A model generated the notes under the pieces. It was not told the origin of the DNA. It made no database searches and saw only the letters and a list, made by a program, of their open reading frames with translations. The position numbers and the translations under genes are program-made. Positions 26,505-32,110 of a stretch of 32,110 nt of DNA are shown piece by piece. Each line of letters starts with the position of its first letter. Within the stretch, counting starts at the first letter, position 1. Location of the stretch: NCBI GenBank assembly GCA_044356215.1, contig JBIKWQ010000034.1, positions 1-32,110 on the forward strand, read 5' to 3'. Source of the stretch: Bdellovibrionota bacterium (lineage in GTDB: Bacteria; Bdellovibrionota_C; UBA2361; OMII01).

Positions 26505-27737
26505 TTAAAGATCCAAAATAGCGCTATGAATATCAGCACGCAGTGGCGCGAAACGCTTTGACAGCTCTCCTGAAAAACCTGCGTTGCTTAAGAACACAAC
26601 CACTAGCTCTCTACGAGGATCAACATATACTGAGCATCCAGTATCACCACACGCGACGAAAGCATCCGGCGCGTCAACCGGATCAACAAAGCCCAATTCC
26701 TTGCTAGGTTTATCGAATCCTAGCTTGCGCTCGGACTTCGGCGCTATCCCCTCGCTCGACAAGAACGCGCGTGTAGCCTCAGCAGAGAAGAGATCTGACT
26801 TGCCCTGATAGCCTTTCAAGATCTCCGCGGCCCAAATATGCAAATCAGATATAGTGCCGAACAATCCGTTGTGCCCCGAAACTCCCCCCATCACCCAGGC
26901 GTTCTCGTCCCACACCTCTCCCGCGATTAAACGCCCACGACGAGGGCACCTCCCAGATGGCGCGAAGCGCTCAACTACTGGCTCTAAGCCACGCCTTCTT
27001 AAAATAGTTAGATCGATAAAGTTCAACGCGGCTACCTTTAGCGGCGCGGCGATATATCGTGAATAAGCTTTATCGAGAGGGAGCCCTGTGATAATCTCGC
27101 AGATCTCCCCCAGAACGATAAAATTAGCGTCGCTCTCAAGCTCCTTAGCTCCTGGCTCAAACTTTAGAGGCAGGTTGTGAAAATGCGTATACGCGTACTG
27201 TTTTGCCCCGCTGCTAGAGAGGATACCAGGGCGAGGCCCCGCATTGGCTTTGACCAATTCGTCATAAACTGAAAGCCCACTTGGAAATCCAGCCGAGTGT
27301 GAAAGCAAGTGCGCGAGGGTCATAGAGGATTTCGAACCAACTCCAAGGGCTTGCAAGAAACGTGAAGCGCGATCGGTTACTGAGATCTTACCCGCTGACA
27401 CCAAGCGCATCATTAAAGTAGCTGGGCAGATCGCCTGAGTTAGCTGACCTAAGTCAAAAACAGTCGAGAAAGAGATCGGCTCATTTGCTACTTTAAGTTC
27501 GCGCGCCTCATCACTCAGGAGCTTGTTGCCAACTGCGCAAGCCGCCACGACCTCCGAACCTTTCGAGGCCAGAACTACCCCTCCGGGCAGGGTCCCCTCG
27601 CCTACAGCCTCCTCTAAAAGATTGGCAATGACCGCTGATACCCCAGAGTAACGAGAGCTCGCTGCTCCCCCTATGGAGTCAGATATCGGATTTGTAAGCT
27701 CTATAGCTCCTGGTACGGCATCAGAGACGGATGACAC
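26505..27737 (-). CDS. Beta-lactamase/serine-hydrolase family protein, catalytic residues substituted
   Basis: Scaffold motifs PG.V, T.FDL, LL.H.AG, PG, G.V.DENA..MGGV.GH.GLF and TG.S..VDP are present. SxxK reads QLTQ and YSD reads ESD. Confidence 0.82.
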   Translation of the reverse strand: MSSVSDAVPGAIELTNPISDSIGGAASSRYSGVSAVIANLLEEAVGEGTLPGGVVLASKGSEVVAACAVGNKLLSDEARELKVANEPISFSTVFDLGQLTQAICPATLMMRLVSAGKISVTDRASRFLQALGVGSKSSMTLAHLLSHSAGFPSGLSVYDELVKANAGPRPGILSSSGAKQYAYTHFHNLPLKFEPGAKELESDANFIVLGEICEIITGLPLDKAYSRYIAAPLKVAALNFIDLTILRRRGLEPVVERFAPSGRCPRRGRLIAGEVWDENAWVMGGVSGHNGLFGTISDLHIWAAEILKGYQGKSDLFSAEATRAFLSSEGIAPKSERKLGFDKPSKELGFVDPVDAPDAFVACGDTGCSVYVDPRRELVVVFLSNAGFSGELSKRFAPLRADIHSAILDL

Positions 27738-27908
27738 TGGCTAACTCCTGAAAAATAGGACACTTGAGGAAGTAAAGCACCTCGCTCCCCTAAGGCCGTG
27801 AAGTATAAACAACTTTGAGGAGAAAGGTCCACGGTAACTACGCAGCTAATGCCGCGACGATCTTAAAATCCGGTTTTTAGCTGCCTCATCTTTTATTTTC
27901 CCTCCCCC

Positions 27909-27937
27909 CTTGAAAACACCCCCAGGGATGCGCATAA
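27909..27937 (+). promoter_or_regulatory. Putative sigma32-like heat-shock promoter of groESL
   Basis: ccCTTGAAA-14 nt-GCGCATAA, against the RpoH consensus CTTGAAA-N13/14-CCCCATNT. Confidence 0.55.
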
Positions 27938-27939
27938 AC

Positions 27940-28161
27940 AGGTCGCGCTTCGAGTTAGGGGTTCGGATCAAGGCCAAAAGCTTTTAGGGGTAGACCCTTT
28001 AGGGTATGCTCCTGCGAACGACCTAACCGGATGGGGTAACATCTCCTCGTTTTGAGGGGCGACCTCACCGAATGGCGTCACACAAAGAGTACGTTAAGGT
28101 GTCTAGGAGATGCCACTGGTGGCATCCCTTCCTTTTCTACACATCGGAGGTAATAGAGGCA
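27940..28161 (+). ncRNA. Candidate structured groES 5' leader RNA
   Basis: Nested complementary segments: aggtcgc/gcgacct, gttagg/cctaac, gttcg/cgaac, accct/agggt, cctc/gagg and gatgcca/tggcatc. Confidence 0.4.
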
Positions 28162-28464
28162 ATGAGCAGCAAGAAGAATAAGATTCGGCCGTTACAGGAC
28201 CGCATCATCGTAGAGCGTTTAGCTCCAGAAGAGAAATCAAGTGGCGGAATTATCCTCCCTGACAACGCCCAAGAGCGTCCACAGAGAGGCCGTGTTATCG
28301 CCGTTGGTAAAGGTAAGGTTCGCGAGGACGGTACCGTTACCCCAGTAGATGTTAAAGAGGGTGACGAGATCCTCTTTGGCAAGTACAGCGGAACAGAGGT
28401 TAAGGTTGAAGGCGCTGAGCTTTTAATCATGCGCGAGGATGATGTTCTCGGCGTGGTGTTGTAA
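28162..28464 (+). CDS. groES: Co-chaperonin GroES
   Basis: [23 protein letters not shown] and FGKYSGTEV motifs; start at ATG 28162 after GGAGG. Confidence 0.98.
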   Translation: MSSKKNKIRPLQDRIIVERLAPEEKSSGGIILPDNAQERPQRGRVIAVGKGKVREDGTVTPVDVKEGDEILFGKYSGTEVKVEGAELLIMREDDVLGVVL

Positions 28465-28478
28465 TTTTTAACCATTAA

Positions 28479-30134
<1,656 letters not shown>

Positions 30135-30172
30135 TCGCTCATTAAAGCTTATTAAGCTTTAGGAAAGCCGGC

Positions 30173-30207
30173 AAAGGCCCTCCGCGAAAGCGGGGGGCCT
30201 TTTTTTT
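30173..30207 (+). terminator. Rho-independent terminator of groESL, possibly bidirectional
   Basis: aaaggccctccgc-GAAA-gcggggggcc followed by T8. Confidence 0.9.
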
Positions 30208-30364
30208 AGTGCCGTAGAGCCGACACTATCACCATTCCAAGATACACCCCCACGATGCCAGCGACACCGGCAGCAGTTGAAGGAGCAGGGAGAGGAAACT
30301 TTAATAAAGTAAACACGGCTCCAAAAACCGATCCTGTAACTAAACTCAATATTAAATCCTTCAT
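30206..30364 (-). CDS. 52-aa XapX/DUF1427-like small membrane protein (absent from the ORF track)
   Basis: Manual translation gives MKDLILSLVTGSVFGAVFTLLKFPLPAPSTAAGVAGIVGVYLGMVIVSALRH. It has two hydrophobic halves around P.PAP, and SD GGAG 5 nt upstream. Confidence 0.85.
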   Translation of the reverse strand: MKDLILSLVTGSVFGAVFTLLKFPLPAPSTAAGVAGIVGVYLGMVIVSALRH

Positions 30365-30523
30365 TTTAGCTCCGCGAGAAATTTATCTATCTGCGCATCT
30401 TTTGTTGCCCAAGAGGTAACGAGTCTGATTACAACTGAAAGAGATGCCGCTCGGCACGTTTAGTTGCGGCATCTTCGCCGTACCCCGCCTCCTGGGTCGC
30501 AGGCGCTTCACTGAGAGCTTTTA

Positions 30524-30695
30524 ACCTAAAAACGGCAGTTAAGGAGGACCAAAATGGTGCAGCTGGTTAAAGGCACAAGAGATTTTGAAATTTTCGGCGC
30601 GCAACCCTGGCACAGTCAGGGTGAGCACCGAAAATTCAAAAGCCGCAGTGATTTTAGCCAGATGCGCCGTTTTGGGACCCGCAACGTTTTTAGGT
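30524..30695. mobile_element. 172-bp palindromic MITE-like element (family B)
   Basis: Terminal inverted repeat ACCTAAAAACG/CGTTTTTAGGT flanked by TTA on both sides. Nested internal arms: ccaaaatggtgcagctggttaaa/tttagccagatgcgccgttttgg, ttttgaaattttcgg/ccgaaaattcaaaa and accctg/cagggt. Confidence 0.75.
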
Positions 30696-30813
30696 TTACC
30701 ACTTCTGGATGCGCGATCTCTGAATAATCATTCTTAAAGGAGTAGTGCATGTCATAAGACTAGGATATGAGATTAGGCGTAGGCAATCGATATATGTGTG
30801 ATAGTGGGATTAT

Positions 30814-31260
30814 ATGTTTAAGGAATCGATATTAGGCCCTTGGGAACTGGTAAGCTGCGTTGGCGAGAGCCGCGAGGGCGACTCTTTCCTCCCCTACGGC
30901 GAGCAGCCCGTTGGAAAATTAATATATACAGAGGGTGGACATCTCGCCGTGGTCTTGATGAATTCAGCACGCTCTCCCTTCGCTTCTGAAGACATCTCCA
31001 AGGCCACGATTGAAGAAGCTGCAGCCGCATTTAACACCTTCGATGCGTATGCCGGACGATGGAACTTAGATCCGGATACTGGGAGAATCGAGCACACGAT
31101 CGAATGTGGAAGGATGCCTAACTGGGTTGGAAAGACGCATACAAGATTCAGTAGTGTCCAAGACGAAGAGCTAACTCTTTCTACAGAGGAGTTCTCAATG
31201 GCCGGCAAGATGTGGCAAGTGCATGTACGGTGGCGCAGGGCTAGTAATTGGCGGTATTGA
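30814..31260 (+). CDS. Lipocalin-like domain protein (Lipocalin_5-type)
   Basis: LG.W.LVS, PYG..P.G.LIYT..G, F.AY.G.W, PNWVG....R and C-terminal W.R motifs. Confidence 0.85.
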   Translation: MFKESILGPWELVSCVGESREGDSFLPYGEQPVGKLIYTEGGHLAVVLMNSARSPFASEDISKATIEEAAAAFNTFDAYAGRWNLDPDTGRIEHTIECGRMPNWVGKTHTRFSSVQDEELTLSTEEFSMAGKMWQVHVRWRRASNWRY

Positions 31261-31285
31261 GAGCATCGGTCGCTCAGGCTAGAAT
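31257..31285 (+). promoter_or_regulatory. Putative sigma70 promoter giving a leaderless EamA mRNA
   Basis: TTGAGA-17 nt-TAGAAT-6 nt-ATG, no SD. Confidence 0.65.
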
Positions 31286-31291
31286 ACACTA

Positions 31292-31741
31292 ATGAGCGCA
31301 TCAATAACTGGCCTAACTTGGGCAATCATCTCAGCTCTCTGTCTTGGGATCGGGACCTTCTTTTATAAAATAAGCGGCAAGTACCTAAGCCCAGCTAATA
31401 CTACCTTCTTCTACTATCTCTTTAGCCTGATCCTGGCTTTCTTTGTTTGGATATCAACTCCTGATCGTGGGGAGATAAATCGCTCTAGCCTCGTGTGGCC
31501 CGCGCTTATGGCGCTCTTTCTCTGCGCTAATGTGTGGACATTTAGTTACGCCACCCGCGCGATCGATATGTCAGCTGCTTCGACCGTTCGCGGCCTCTCA
31601 TTTATTCCGACTGTTTTGCTATCGATGGCGATATTTAATGAACGGCCTAGTATTAAGAGCTTTATAGCGATGTTCCTGGTCGCTGTAGCGGTATTATTAC
31701 TGGGCTGGGATGCTTCGGAGAGGCCGGGAGCTGAGGAGTAA
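31292..31741 (+). CDS. Single-domain EamA/DMT-family membrane transporter
   Basis: About five hydrophobic helices; K.....SP, S.A..V and LS..IF.ER patterns. Confidence 0.8.
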   Translation: MSASITGLTWAIISALCLGIGTFFYKISGKYLSPANTTFFYYLFSLILAFFVWISTPDRGEINRSSLVWPALMALFLCANVWTFSYATRAIDMSAASTVRGLSFIPTVLLSMAIFNERPSIKSFIAMFLVAVAVLLLGWDASERPGAEE

Positions 31742-32003
31742 AGAAGCCATGACCTCACGGCCAGTGGATGACTTATCGAGCGATCCTTGGCGGTAAGTTT
31801 CCGGAGAGCTGGAGGGTGTGGGGGGTGTGAAGGGAGGCTTTGCTTAACCGCGGCGCTACTTAGGCTCTACACGACGGAGGTCTTTGATTTTATCGAAGTC
31901 TCGATCGAAGCTAAAAAACAATCATCCTCTACTCCTCAAGCCTCCCCAGCAATGACTCCCTAGGGAAGGCCGGCAAAACCTCTCCCTACTGCGAAAGCGG
32001 ATC

Positions 32004-32106
32004 TTGAGCTGCTCTTCGAGTTTTCGAGATGGGAAAAAATCCTCAATGTATCACAGGGGATACACTTGCGGTTTTTTCCCATCTCGAAAATCGAATATCA
32101 ACTCAA
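32004..32106. repeat. Long palindromic element, probably running past the window end
   Basis: Perfect 19-bp inverted repeat ttttcgagatgggaaaaaa (32021-32039) / ttttttcccatctcgaaaa (32072-32090); inner tgtatc/gataca; outer ttcga/tcgaa and ttgag.tg/ca.ctcaa. Confidence 0.75.
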
Positions 32107-32110
32107 CCTC

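Noticed and set aside
27740..28161. CIRCE/HrcA operator upstream of groES
   Set aside because: I found no TTAGCACTC-N9-GAGTGCTAA or close variant.
28072..28161. 30-aa N-terminal extension of GroES in the ORF track
   Set aside because: It has no GroES similarity and no SD. ATG 28162 follows GGAGG and gives a normal 100-aa protein. The longer track starts for the rhodanese gene, miaA, rpmE and HEPN were trimmed for similar reasons.
31785..31996. Possible decayed palindromic element or c-di-GMP-like motif (gggaggctt 31832-31840 / aagcctccc 31938-31946; ggcaaaacc...gaaa)
   Set aside because: The arms are short and discontinuous, and the aptamer's second stem is missing. Too weak to call.

Overview
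A 32-kb bacterial chromosomal window, mostly housekeeping. Gene content and protein style suggest a Gram-negative, deltaproteobacteria/Bdellovibrionota-like organism, but that is an inference. The core blocks are rpoZ-rel-htrA-mutL-miaA, def-fmt, rpmE-tlpA-lgt-nadK-recN, prfA-prmC and groES-groEL. Several less ordinary items sit between them. (1) A MenA1/MenT1-like (Rv0078B/Rv0078A-type) nucleotidyltransferase toxin-antitoxin pair lies 3 nt behind prmC. (2) An RHH-MNT + HEPN module has a perfect 24-bp operator-like palindrome and is translationally coupled to an orphan periplasmic binding protein. (3) Lgt is fused in frame to a lipoprotein-like domain with its own lipobox. (4) A beta-lactamase-fold protein has all its catalytic motifs substituted. 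(5) The groES leader is about 220 nt and can form several stems, with no CIRCE. (6) At least three families of non-coding palindromic MITE-like elements are present, stacked and nested at 16.9-17.5 kb. (7) A WYL regulator follows miaA. (8) A 52-aa XapX-like ORF is missing from the ORF track. I recognised no tRNA, rRNA, CRISPR array or transposase. All family calls come from reading motifs by eye; no database search was run.
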